Shown: piece by piece, positions 25,460 to 36,779 of the stretch | Numbering within the stretch: position 1 is the first letter of the stretch | Layout: each line of letters opens with the position of its first letter | Source of the DNA: Octopus bimaculoides | Lineage: Eukaryota | Length of the DNA stretch: 64,000 nucleotides | Assembly: GCF_001194135.2 (NCBI RefSeq) | Contig: NC_068989.1 | Location: forward strand, 76,779,234-76,843,233 | Direction: 5' to 3' | The notes under the pieces: model-generated | What the model was told of the DNA's origin: nothing | Seen by the model: only the letters and a program-made list of their open reading frames with translations | Databases searched by the model: none | Position numbers and translations under genes: made by a program

Positions 25460-26137
25460 AACAACAAACAAAATGAGGACAATTATACGTCAAATGTAAA
25501 TAATGTAAATAGTGTTGGAGAAGATATGTTGTTATTTTTTTTATTATCTTGATTTATTTTTAATCCTACACATATTTCACTTGAGACAATAAAAAGTAAA
25601 GAATATTGTCAAAAGTTTGTAAAATTATGACTACAGAAAGGTGGTTAAGCAGTTGATTTATGCTCGACCACTCCGTAAAATATATTGCTCGGATGACTAC
25701 AGTTATGGGTTAACTAAAATGCTATGAGTGGCATTTTGGAGAGAGTATATATCATCTATAGATGAGATCCAGAGGTTCCTAGTATAGAAGACACTTGGTA
25801 GTGCTCAAAAGATTCCAAATTAGACCCCGAGGTCTTTACAAGGGATCTACTCCGCAAAGTAAAGAATGGTTGTAAGAGGGATCAAGTTGAGCAGATAGAG
25901 AGGCAATTATGAGGATAACAAATAGATACATATATTTAATTTATATAATGTATCTAATTTATTTATCTACATAAGCGGCTCTCTTTATACACACACATAC
26001 ACGCACAGACATATATGTATGCGTATGTGTGTGTGTATAGTACAGTTGCGGCCGTATGGTAAGAATTTGAAATCGGAAAGTAGAGACTCGGAAGCAATAC
26101 AGGTATGAACGGTTCCCCAGCTAGATTATATCAAAAG

Positions 26138-26357
26138 TAATAATCCTTTGTACTGTAGGCACAAGGCCTGAGATTTGGTGGGAGGGGACTAGTCGATTAC
26201 GTCGACTCCAGTGCGTAATTGGTACTTATTTCGTCGAACCTGGAAGGATAAAATGCAAAGTTGACCTCGGCAGAATTTGAACCCAGAATGTAAGAACAGA
26301 CAAAATGTCGTTAAGCATTTAGCCCGGCTTGCTGACAATCATGCCAACTAGTCGCGT

Positions 26358-26358
<1 letters not shown>
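26138..26358 (-). mobile_element. 4355-type SINE
   Basis: TAATCCTTTGTACTGTAGGCACAAGGCCTGA...GGTACTTATTT...CAAAGTTGACCTCGGCAGAATTTGAAC; the head abuts (TAG)n. Confidence 0.85.
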
Positions 26359-26395
<37 letters not shown>

Positions 26396-26689
26396 ATAAT
26401 AACGCAAATATTTGAGCTTGTGCTTACACACGCACGCACACACAAACACACACACACAATATACATATTTAGATTGCTACATTTTCTTCTCACCATAGCG
26501 ATGATATAAGAACCAGAATATTAGAATAAAGGAATGATTGCTGATGTAATTGATTAACATTTGTTAATGTACTACTCCAGTATGGCCACCGTGCAAAGGC
26601 TGGCACCAGTAAAACAATAAATGTCTGTATTTACATATATTGCAGCACATTCTAGACGTTTCCTAGAATATTAGAACTATATATATATA

Positions 26690-26725
26690 GGCGCAGGAGT
26701 GGCTGTGTGGTAAGTAGCTTGCTTA
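26690..26725 (+). mobile_element. 5' head of a further tRNA-SINE family, cut by a gap
   Basis: GGCGCAGGAGTGGCTGTGTGGTAAGTAGCTTGCTTA matches the head of the minus-strand copy at 61261-61502. Confidence 0.7.
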
Positions 26726-27325
26726 NNNNNNNNNNTATATGTCAGAACTTTTTCTGATGGATATCGTAACAATTTCTTCTTTTCTATTTAGAAAGTTACA
26801 TTTCACTATTTATACAGCAAGATTTACTTATGCATTTATCTCTGTATATCTGTAACGGTACACCATTCAAGACATTAATCTTGATACACGTTAAATTGCA
26901 TTAGTATTCCTGAAAAATTCCAACTCTTAATATATGGCTTGCACTCAATACGTACACACAGTGTATATTACAAAGGGTAATGTTATTATTAGAACAAAGC
27001 AGGCAAACTTTGGAATGTACTTTCGTACAGAGATTCATTACTGAATACCAGCGAAAGATTGTGCGGCTCTTGCATCAACAATTTAATATAACAGTTGCCT
27101 TAGGAAATTTTGTATTTAAAACGTGCTGTGAAATGTGAGTTGATTATTGGATGGGAAATATTAACTTTTATGCGTACGTATATAGCGATAGAGTTATAGG
27201 CTTCTGCGAAATAATTATTCTTAACGTACATTTCTCATGTCAGTTGCTGATCTGAAAGATTGAAATTTCTAGAAGTAATAAAGAAGGTACCCTCCCGATC
27301 CCACAAACAAAAACAACCAAAAATG

Positions 27326-27365
<40 letters not shown>

Positions 27366-27520
27366 TAAATCGCCAAACAGTTCTTGCTACTATAATTCTG
27401 CTGTAAAACGGTGATATGATAATAACAGAAGCAATGATAATAGTAACAACAATAGTGATGATGATACTACTACTACTACTACTACTACTAATAATAATAA
27501 TAATGATAATAATAATAATA

Positions 27521-27736
27521 ATCCTTTCTCTTATAAGCACAAGGCCTGAAATTTTTGGGGAAGGTTTGAGTCAATTACATCGACACCATTACAAAACTAG
27601 TACTTATTTTATGCGACCCCGAAAAATGAAAGGCAAAGTCATTCTTGGCGGCATTTGAACTGAGGACGAAAGGACGGACGAAATGACGCTGAACATTTTG
27701 CCGAACGTGCCAATGATTCTGCCAGCGCGCCGCCTT
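27521..27736 (-). mobile_element. 4355-type SINE embedded in (AAT)n/(AAC)n
   Basis: Full colinear match to the other copies. Confidence 0.85.
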
Positions 27737-27797
27737 AACAGCAACAGCAACAACAGCAACAACAATTATGATTATAGTCATAATCATAATAATAATA

Positions 27798-27915
27798 CGA
27801 AATTATTAGATACCAAAGAAGAATGGACAGCATGGTACCATAGGCTGCTGGTAGGAAGCCCGCTACGCATGCAAGACTCCAGGTGTTCCAACAAAACCTG
27901 TGATAAAAAGAAACA
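27798..27915 (+). mobile_element. Short microsatellite-embedded repeat, probably a LINE 3' UTR
   Basis: AGCATGGTACCATAGGCTGC...GCCCGCTACGCAT...CCAGGTGTT..AAAACCTG is homologous to 31455-31560. Both are followed by AAT-type repeats. Confidence 0.55.
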
Positions 27916-27940
27916 ATAATAACAGTGATAATAATATCAA

Positions 27941-28147
27941 ATTTTTGCCACAAGAGCAGCAATTCTAGGGGGTGGGGATGAGTCGATCACATCGACCCCA
28001 TTACTCCGCTGGTACATAATTTATCTACCCCGAAAGGATGAAAGGCAAAGTTGACCCCGGTGGAATTTGAACTCAGAACATGAAGACAGAAGAATAGGGC
28101 TCACCATTTCGCCTAGCGTTCTAAAGGTTCTGCTAGCTCACCGTCTT
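27941..28147 (-). mobile_element. 4355-type SINE
   Basis: CCCCGAAAGGATGAAAGGCAAAGTTGACCCCGGTGGAATTTGAACTCAGAAC core. Confidence 0.85.
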
Positions 28148-28156
28148 AATAATAAT

Positions 28157-28253
<97 letters not shown>

Positions 28254-28255
<2 letters not shown>

Positions 28256-28312
28256 CCTTTCTACTATAGGTACATGGTTCTTAATTTATCGACCGGCGTG
28301 CTAACGATTCTG
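28254..28312 (-). mobile_element. Internally deleted 59-bp mini-copy of the 4355-type SINE inside (AAT)n
   Basis: ATCCTTTCTACTATAGGTACA (tail) + TATCGACC (core) + GGCGTGCTAACGATTCTG (head) are fused. Confidence 0.7.
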
Positions 28313-28313
28313 A

Positions 28314-28368
<55 letters not shown>

Positions 28369-29320
28369 GCTTTGAATTTGTTACAGGGGCATCTAATTAG
28401 ATTGATATCACCAGGGTGATTTACAATTTATTTGTGAACACCTGTCTCAAATATTAAACTCTGTTTTTGGCAAGTTTATTTTGAATGAAATTATTTATAA
28501 TATCCTCTTTGTTGAAGTACATCTCTATAGTGTTAACAAGTCCTTACTCGTAGAGCTGGTAATTCTCCCGTTATCATGTAATTTGCGTGTAACATTTGCT
28601 ATGAGTTCACTAAACAGCGGTGTGTAACAATTCAATTCACAACGCACACCATCCAAAATGAGTGATATGATCCTCGTGCAAAAACCCTTAACCTCCCATG
28701 TCTCTATTATAGTTATTTGTCCTTCACAGCGTAGTGTCTCTCACCCCTTTGCCACGGCTGGCCATCGATTTAGGCACTAAACTTTATCAGCGTCTCAAAA
28801 TTGTCACTTGATCTAAATAGTTAAACAAACTGCTGCCTGAACACCGTAGATATAAGGCTGGAACTGAACACCATGCGCTACTCCTCTGCTAAAGAATCTC
28901 TTGTGTTTCTCTATTGTGTCTCTCTTCCGCCTTCTGCATCCATCAAGAGATTTTCATTTCTTCTTGCTATAGCGCACAAAATCTGAAGACGGGCATTTAT
29001 TCAGGTGTGCTATGACTTTTAGAAAACGAATATCACAACTTTAGATGGCTTTGCCAGAAAAGTAGAGAGAATTATACATGCATAACATTGGTGAGATTTC
29101 ACATGTGCTGTCATATTTTATAAATGATAATAATTTCATTTATAGCCACAAGGTCTAGAAGCGTTGCAATAAAATATATGACGTCAAACAAGCAGCTGAA
29201 GAATGGGTTGAGCCATTTATGCAAAGTTGTTGGGGTTGTCAAAGACTTTGTAAATTTAGGTACACTTAATAAAAATTTATACAAACACAAAAATAATTAT
29301 ACAGACTGGATTATAACGTT

Positions 29321-29390
29321 TGTTGTTGGCACTCCGTCGCTTACGACGTCGAGGGTTCCCGTTGATCCTATCAACGGAACAGCCTGCTTG
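29321..29390 (-). mobile_element. 5'-truncated 3' tail of the 417-798 SINE family
   Basis: TTGTTGGCACTCCGTCGCTTACGACGTCGAGGGTTCCCGTTGATCC...AACGGAACAGCCTGC is near-identical to 417-481. Confidence 0.85.
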
Positions 29391-29957
29391 TTTTCCGTTC
29401 TTCAGTTTTCATGTTTTTGTATTTCATGTTGTTTACGTTTTGTGACGTCCTATTCCCATATATGCATATATATATATATATATATATATATANNNNNNNN
29501 NNNNNNNNNNNNNNNNNNNNNNNNNNNNNNNNNNNNNNNNNNNNNNNNNNNNNNNNNNNNNNNNNNNNNNNNNNNNNNNNNNNNNNNNNNNNNNNNNNNN
29601 NNNNNNNNNNNNNNNNNNNNNNNNNNNNNNNNNNNNNNNNNNNNNNNNNNNNNNNNNNNNNNNNNNNNNNNNNNNNNNNNNNNNNNNNNNNNNNNNNNNN
29701 NNNNNNNNNNNNNNNNNNNNNNNNNNNNNNNNNNNNNNNNNNNNNNNNNNNNNNNNNNNNNNNNNNNNNNNNNNNNNNNNNNNNNNNNNNNNNNNNNNNN
29801 NNNNNNNNNNNNNNNNNNNNNNNNNNNNNNNNNNNNNNNNNNNNNNNNNNNNNNNNNNNNNNNNNNNNNNNNNNNNNNNNNNNNNNNNNNNNNNNNNNNN
29901 NNNNNNNNNNNNNNNNNNNNNNNNNNNNNNNNNNNNNNNNNNNNNNNNNNNNNNNNN

Positions 29958-30033
<76 letters not shown>

Positions 30034-30035
<2 letters not shown>

Positions 30036-30216
30036 GGAGAATTCACAAAGAAAAACAAAAGACGAAGACAGGTGGTATAGAAAACAAACAGATGCATTAG
30101 TAAAACGCTCGGGAACTAAAACAGTCTTTAACGTTTCGACCTTACTCTCTTCCACAGAAAGGAACAGAGAAAGACACAGAAAGAGAATCAAGGAGAGAAA
30201 AACAATCTGTGTAGTT
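30034..30216 (-). mobile_element. Probable Penelope-like terminal repeat fragment with a variant hammerhead motif, flanked by (TA)n
   Basis: 30126-30161 on minus reads CUUU-CUGUGGA-A-GAG-aguaag-GUC-GAAA-CG-UU-AAAG. Confidence 0.5.
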
Positions 30217-30227
30217 ATTATATATAT

Positions 30228-30541
30228 ATGATGATTGCTTCATCTTCACAGATGATACGTCCCATCAACACACACACTACACCCCATGATACAGCACAAT
30301 CTCTCGGTTGATAAGCCTTTAGATAACTTTCAAGACAAGCTGCTGACTGAGAAGGTTCAAAACACAAGTGACAGATATTATTCAAGTTCCTTCTATATCT
30401 TTCTCCTTTGGAATCTGATCCTGAAGGAAAGTTTCTGTGAACTAGTATGAATCTTTTGAGCCCAGGTACTGTTTTACAACTTTTGTGGCATATGACACAA
30501 GTCGTAAGAGGTGGTTGGTGTCCAAGGTCATTACCTATCTG

Positions 30542-30543
<2 letters not shown>
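30228..30543 (-). pseudogene. LINE C-terminal remnant (RTE-like) with two degenerate C2H2-like zinc fingers
   Basis: [22 protein letters not shown] and [23 protein letters not shown], ending in a (TA)n tail. Confidence 0.5.
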
Positions 30544-30614
<71 letters not shown>

Positions 30615-31099
30615 ATATATATATAAATATATAAATATGTATACATATATGTATATATATATATGTATATAAATATATGTACATATATGTATATGTGTGT
30701 GTGTGTGTGTGCGCGCGTGCGTGTGTGTAAATATAAATAGCCACTTATGTATTAATACTTTCCGAGTGAACCTTAGTCTAAGAAGCATCAACTGAGCCGA
30801 AGAAGCCGACATGAACAGATATAAATATCTTACCGAATACAGCAACCTACGCAGTTAGTGAAGCAGTAAAATCTATAATGAAAGAAAACAAAGGCATCCA
30901 ACCACAGCAAAATGGAAGAACAGGATAATAAAAATAGACAGGTTGAATGGATAAACTCACAAAGCGAAGCAGAAATATGGTAATCAGTGTATGGAAATTA
31001 TGATAGCAGAAATCATTAGATCATTACTTCATTAAACATCCAATCCTTGCCACGTCATTGGCCGTCATAATAATGATTTAATTGTTTAACTCTTTGTTT

Positions 31100-31300
31100 T
31101 AATAACTGAGATTTCGTAGAGAGGTTTAAGTCGATTGACCGACCCTGATACTTCACAGGGTATTTTATTTTATAGACTCTGGAAATAAAGATGAGTGTTA
31201 AATCTGATCATTTTCTGGGTTGGAATCATAAAATTTATTGACGAAGCTAAATGTTACGTAACATTTGTTCTTGTTCTCAACCAATTCTTCCATTTCCCCA
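31100..31300 (-). mobile_element. Highly degenerate 4355-type SINE
   Basis: AGTCGATTGACCGACC...GGTATTTTATTTTATAGACTCTGGAAA remnants. Confidence 0.4.
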
Positions 31301-31320
31301 TCTTAATAACAAAAGCAATG

Positions 31321-31398
<78 letters not shown>

Positions 31399-31454
31399 GG
31401 AAATCGGAATAGAGTGCTCAATATAGTTGTCACAAAAGGTTTTCCTCCTCAGTT

Positions 31455-31560
31455 AGTCGACAAGAACAGATAGCATGGCACCGTAGGTTGCAGGCATTAG
31501 GCCCGCTACGCATCCTAAACCCCAGGAGTTACAAAAAAGCCTGAGTTGAAAAGAATAAGT
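31455..31560 (+). mobile_element. Second copy of the 27798-27915 short element
   Basis: AGCATGGCACCGTAGGTTGC...GCCCGCTACGCAT...CCAGGAGTT..AAAAGCCTG. Confidence 0.55.
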
Positions 31561-31574
31561 AATGATGACGATGT

Positions 31575-31635
<61 letters not shown>

Positions 31636-31982
31636 AAGAGAAACAAATACTGTCAGCTCATTGATGTAGCCATATCAAATGACATGAATTTTCTGAGTAA
31701 AGAGGTTGAAAAAATCACCAAGTACTCCGAATTGAAAGTGGAAATGGCAAGACTGTATGGAATGCGAGAGGGTAATGTGAAAATGATACCAGCCGTAATC
31801 GGAGCGTTGGGCTCAATCCCATTGAATCTTCATGTCTTCTTAAGGCAACTGGAAATTCCATGCAAGATTGATGTCTTGCAAAAAGCAGACTTATTGGGCA
31901 CAGCGCATATCTAAAGGAAAGTATTATCTGTTTGATATCCTTGTTGTGACTTGCATTTTTACCCACACTGTGTTACGAAGGA
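31636..31982 (+). pseudogene. R4/Dong-type non-LTR retrotransposon 3' end (restriction-like endonuclease domain)
   Basis: KYCQLIDVAISNDMNFLSKEVEKITKYSELKVEMARLY...IPAVIGALGSIP...LQKADLLGTAHI(LRKVL), followed by a short UTR and (TAA)n. Confidence 0.85.
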
Positions 31983-32000
31983 ATAATAGTAATAATGATG

Positions 32001-32051
<51 letters not shown>

Positions 32052-32159
32052 GTAATATACTGATATGTGGTATATAATTTTATAATATTAGAGTAATGAT
32101 AATATATGATATAATAATATAGATATGAGCAATAATTTGGAGCAATATAAGGTCAAAAG

Positions 32160-32450
32160 ATTACTTTAACAGGATCAGTGAAGGCTTATCAATAGTTGAA
32201 TGGAAAGGTTAACAACAGTGAGAAACCTGACACTGACGAAAATGAAGTTTTGGAGTAACATCTGGGATAACGGAGAAACATGCTTAATGGCTGAAGGAGT
32301 TTGCTCAGAAAACTGGCTTACTGGGAACAGCGAGGAGTTTGAGACTGGTGCATGGCTGTGCTGTTAAGTATCGTGGAAGAAGACCGTGTGAGATGGTTAA
32401 CAGCAGGTTGTTGTCTGTTCTTACGGAGAGCTCTGAGAAGTGAAATGCCA
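32160..32450 (+). pseudogene. R4/Dong-type remnant: pre-RT piece fused to a 3' end
   Basis: EKPDTDEN/KFWSNIWDNG followed by QKTGLLGTARSLRLV, a UTR, and (CAG/CAA/TAA)n. Confidence 0.65.
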
Positions 32451-32610
32451 ACAACAGCAGCAGTAGCAGTAGCAGTAGCAGCAGCAGCGACAACGCCAAC
32501 AACCACAACTATAATAATAGTAATAACAACAAGAACAACAACAATGACCACGACGACGACAACGATAATAATAATAATGATAATAATAATAATAATAAAA
32601 ATAATAATCC

Positions 32611-32730
32611 GACGCATGACACTTTCAATACAGTAACCATAAGATCATCACAGCAAACCACAGCACATACCCAAGGTACACAGAGCTGAGCTCGGTTGTG
32701 AAGTGAAAGCCCGCTATAAAAATAAAAGTA
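32611..32730 (+). mobile_element. Probable R4/Dong 3' UTR-only insertion
   Basis: CGCATGACACTTTCAATACAGTAACC...ATAAAAATAAAAGTACTGAATAATAATAA between trinucleotide tracts. It begins with a (C)GCA similar to the end of the 32811 fragment. The assignment partly relies on recall of the Octopus family. Confidence 0.5.
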
Positions 32731-32810
32731 CTGAATAATAATAACAACAACAACAACAACAACAGCAACAACAACAACAACAATAATAATAATGATAATA
32801 ATAATAATAA

Positions 32811-32975
32811 TCTCGAATGTGGAATCTAAAAACAGAAACAATTCCTATCATAGTAGGTGCCTTAGGTATAATAAAAAAATATTCAGACAAATACATAACA
32901 AAAATAGCAGGACTTACAAATATATATAACATACAGAAAATTGCACTACTGGGTACTGCACACATCCTACGCAAA
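32811..32975 (+). pseudogene. R4/Dong-type 3' coding remnant running into a gap
   Basis: MWNLKTETIPIIVGALGIIKK...NIQKIALLGTAHILRK. Confidence 0.85.
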
Positions 32976-33584
32976 NNNNNNNNNNNNNNNNNNNNNNNNN
33001 NNNNNNNNNNNNNNNNNNNNNNNNNNNNNNNNNNNNNNNNNNNNNNNNNNNNNNNNNNNNNNNNNNNNNNNNNNNNNNNNNNNNNNNNNNNNNNNNNNNN
33101 NNNNNNNNNNNNNNNNNNNNNNNNNNNNNNNNNNNNNNNNNNNNNNNNNNNNNNNNNNNNNNNNNNNNNNNNNNNNNNNNNNNNNNNNNNNNNNNNNNNN
33201 NNNNNNNNNNNNNNNNNNNNNNNNNNNNNNNNNNNNNNNNNNNNNNNNNNNNNNNNNNNNNNNNNNNNNNNNNNNNNNNNNNNNNNNNNNNNNNNNNNNN
33301 NNNNNNNNNNNNNNNNNNNNNNNNNNNNNNNNNNNNNNNNNNNNNNNNNNNNNNNNNNNNNNNNNNNNNNNNNNNNNNNNNNNNNNNNNNNNNNNNNNNN
33401 NNNNNNNNNNNNNNNNNNNNNNNNNNNNNNNNNNNNNNNNNNNNNNNNNNNNNNNNNNNNNNNNNNNNNNNNNNNNNNNNNNNNNNNNNNNNNNNNNNNN
33501 NNNNNNNNNNNNNNNNNNNNNNNNNNNNNNNNNNNNNNNNNNNNNNNNNNNNNNNNNNNNNNNNNNNNNNNNNNNNNNNNNNNN

Positions 33585-33772
33585 CGTACAGTGAGGCCCA
33601 TCGACTTATCTTTCGAGTTCAAGAAGACCAAACGTATCTAAAGATCCAGACCTTTACTGAACAAGAACTCCAGCTTCCCCGCTGGAGTCGGTGCGTACAG
33701 TGAGGCCCATCGACTTATCTTTCGAGTTCAAGAAGACCAAACGTATCTAAAGATCCAGACCTTTACTGAACA
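33585..33772. repeat. Identical 79-bp direct repeat, 109-bp period, at a gap edge
   Basis: 33585-33663 equals 33694-33772. The spacer contains the hairpin ACTCCAGC-TTCCCC-GCTGGAGT. Confidence 0.85.
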
Positions 33773-34331
33773 CTACCATCCCACTCACCATTACTGGTTG
33801 ACTAAAAGATGCGAAAATCTCAAAGTCATCTAAAATAGGAGCCATTAACAAAACATCTTAACGACACAGTCTCTCTCCTTACACCTTTAAATGAATATAA
33901 TTAAGAGACAAAATATAATTGCGTTGTTAATTTTAATATTATTGACAGGACCACGACCAATAGTTATATGCAAATAGGTCATTGGTAATGCTAGTGATAG
34001 ACTGTGTATGGATGACAATTAGAATACATATTGTTGTATGGAAGGATGTAGGTAGGAAAGGCTCTACATAGAGACAGACGAGAACACGGGGAAACGAGGC
34101 ACTAAATACAGCACATCGTATCTAGAAGTTGTAAGTGTAATAATAATTTGAAGAAATAATCCTAACAACAGAAGGCGAAAGGATACGAAAAAAGATATTA
34201 TATATGTGTGCGTGTGTTTGAAGTGTCTATATCTTTCTCTCTCACTCTTTCACTGTTTGTATAAGCAAATACATACACGCACAAACACACACAAACACAC
34301 ACATATATATACAAACATAAATACAACATAC

Positions 34332-34364
<33 letters not shown>

Positions 34365-34571
34365 NNNNNNNNNNNNNNNNNNNNNNNNNNNNNNNNNNNN
34401 NNNNNNNNNNNNNNNNNNNNNNNNNNNNNNNNNNNNNNNNNNNNNNNNNNNNNNNNNNNNNNNNNNNNNNNNNNNNNNNNNNNNNNNNNNNNNNNNNNNN
34501 NNNNNNNNNNNNNNNNNNNNNNNNNNNNNNNNNNNNNNNNNNNNNNNNNNNNNNNNNNNNNNNNNNNNNNN

Positions 34572-34612
<41 letters not shown>

Positions 34613-36422
34613 CAAAGAGAGTGAGAGAGAGAGAGACAGGGAGGGACGGAGTGAAAGAAAGAAATTGGTGTTCACTCACGCTAGCATCGATATGATCAAA
34701 CATAATGCATCAACACCAAACATCTCACTAGAAAGAACTAGGAAAACAAATATTTCTTTTGAATGGATTAATAGGCAGGCGGAGAAAGAACGAAAATGAA
34801 ATAGAAAGATATAAATAAAATAAAAGCAGAGATGAAAGTTGTATATTTAGAATGCAGACGAGAAAGAATAGGGGAAAATATGGGGGTGGAATTATACAGA
34901 ATGGCAAATATGAAGTCAAATAAATGGCAGTGTTGTAGGTCTTTGTGCTATAAATGTTACTTAGTATCCAAAAGAGACTAGTCGCTTTAATAAAAATCAA
35001 TTATCATTTACATTCTACTGGAGTCAATACATTCACAATCAGTAATATACTTCAGTTATTTGAATTGACCATACCTATTTTAGTATAGCAAATAAGACTT
35101 GTAAAAGAAAAAAAAAATCAAGATAATTCATTGCAGTATAAATGAGGTGAAAATGATATCTAACAGAATCTAGTAGAAAAAGAGAACTAAGAAATAGATT
35201 GAAAGAAAGTGTGATGTGGTTTTCCCGATGATGGACGTGATCTTCTCGGATCACATCACAGAAGAGGAAATACCTTTCAACAGTAGCAATAATCGAGCAG
35301 TATCACTTAGGGGATACAGTTGGTGACACTGCAAAATGTTCTAGAGAATTAGTCGTATATATCACATATAAAGAAATCTAGCTATATGGATGTTCGCACT
35401 AGTGCACATCGTGTACAGAAATGCTGTCGAAAATGAAAACTGTACAGCGAATTATGCAGTGCTGTCAGAAAAGACATTATAAATTCAATTATGTGGGAAA
35501 CTTACCACTTTTAAGGGTATTCGGTAATTCACCACAGTATGATAAAGGTAATACTTATCCGCTATATATGTATACGAAAATAGGATACATAACGATGTAA
35601 CGCGTTTATGGGCACTCAAGGAAATCTTTTCATGTACATACTCAAAAGTTCTTGAAGGTGTGTTATTTTGTATATTCTTACACTTAAACATGAACACACG
35701 GACACACACACACTCTCTCTCTTGTTCTCTCTCGCTCACATACACACTCATTCACACGCAAACCGGAGAACATTTGAACAAAATAGACTTTGGTATCATC
35801 TACAATATGGTACAAAGTAATACTCCAATAATCTCCACAATAAATAAAGATATTTGTTATAATTGAAAGCATGATCCGATTGGAACGCCCTTGCAGGAAG
35901 GAAATTATATGCATGTAAATACGTGCGCACGCGCGCGCGCGCACACACACACACACACAAAACAAATGATACAGACGGATAATGGAATACACGGTAAACA
36001 TTATTACTCACGGAGATCGATTTGACACATCCTGTATCGATCTCTCGTGGGTGGCAAACTATACAACTAGTTGTAGTGCATCCCTCGGGGCAGAAGCATC
36101 TCCTCACCTGATATAATAAGAGGTATCTCGTGAAATGAAGTTTGTTTCGCTCCGATTTAATATAGCGTATTGTCAGTGACAGTAATTTGAAGCCGTTGGG
36201 CAGGAATGACTAGGAAAGATTCCGTTGCTAAGTAATAGATACAGATAGGGAGTAATTAAGAAAAATAATATGACTAGTGAGAATAAAACATACAATAATT
36301 TTAAAAAAATAGGTGTGTCAGTACCCACATATAATTATGTCTATACCCACACCTCCGGTCATTTTGACACACACACACTCGCCCGTATGTGTAGTTAAGT
36401 ATATATATGTTGTTGTTTTTTC

Positions 36423-36458
<36 letters not shown>

Positions 36459-36675
36459 NNNNNNNNNNNNNNNNNNNNNNNNNNNNNNNNNNNNNNNNNN
36501 NNNNNNNNNNNNNNNNNNNNNNNNNNNNNNNNNNNNNNNNNNNNNNNNNNNNNNNNNNNNNNNNNNNNNNNNNNNNNNNNNNNNNNNNNNNNNNNNNNNN
36601 NNNNNNNNNNNNNNNNNNNNNNNNNNNNNNNNNNNNNNNNNNNNNNNNNNNNNNNNNNNNNNNNNNNNNNNNNNN

Positions 36676-36715
<40 letters not shown>

Positions 36716-36779
36716 TGGTAGGTGAAAACATCCGTTGCTAACTTGTGATGTTTTCAATCATCAGTTATTCAAATACACT

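Larger units (their letters stand above)
25177..25513 (-). mobile_element. Second palindromic hammerhead-bearing insertion, 11-bp TSD
   Basis: Arms fold back at TATTTTTCGAAAAATA (centre 25368/25369). The complete 3' tail (CATCTCTTAAGTATAGAACTGT on minus) is at the left end. GTTGGAGAAGA occurs at 25166-25176 and 25514-25524. Same family as 5341-5732. Confidence 0.85.

Noticed and set aside
33585-33772. Repeat-spacer-repeat pattern resembling CRISPR
   Set aside because: The repeat is 79 bp, there are only two copies, the context is eukaryotic, and there are no cas genes.
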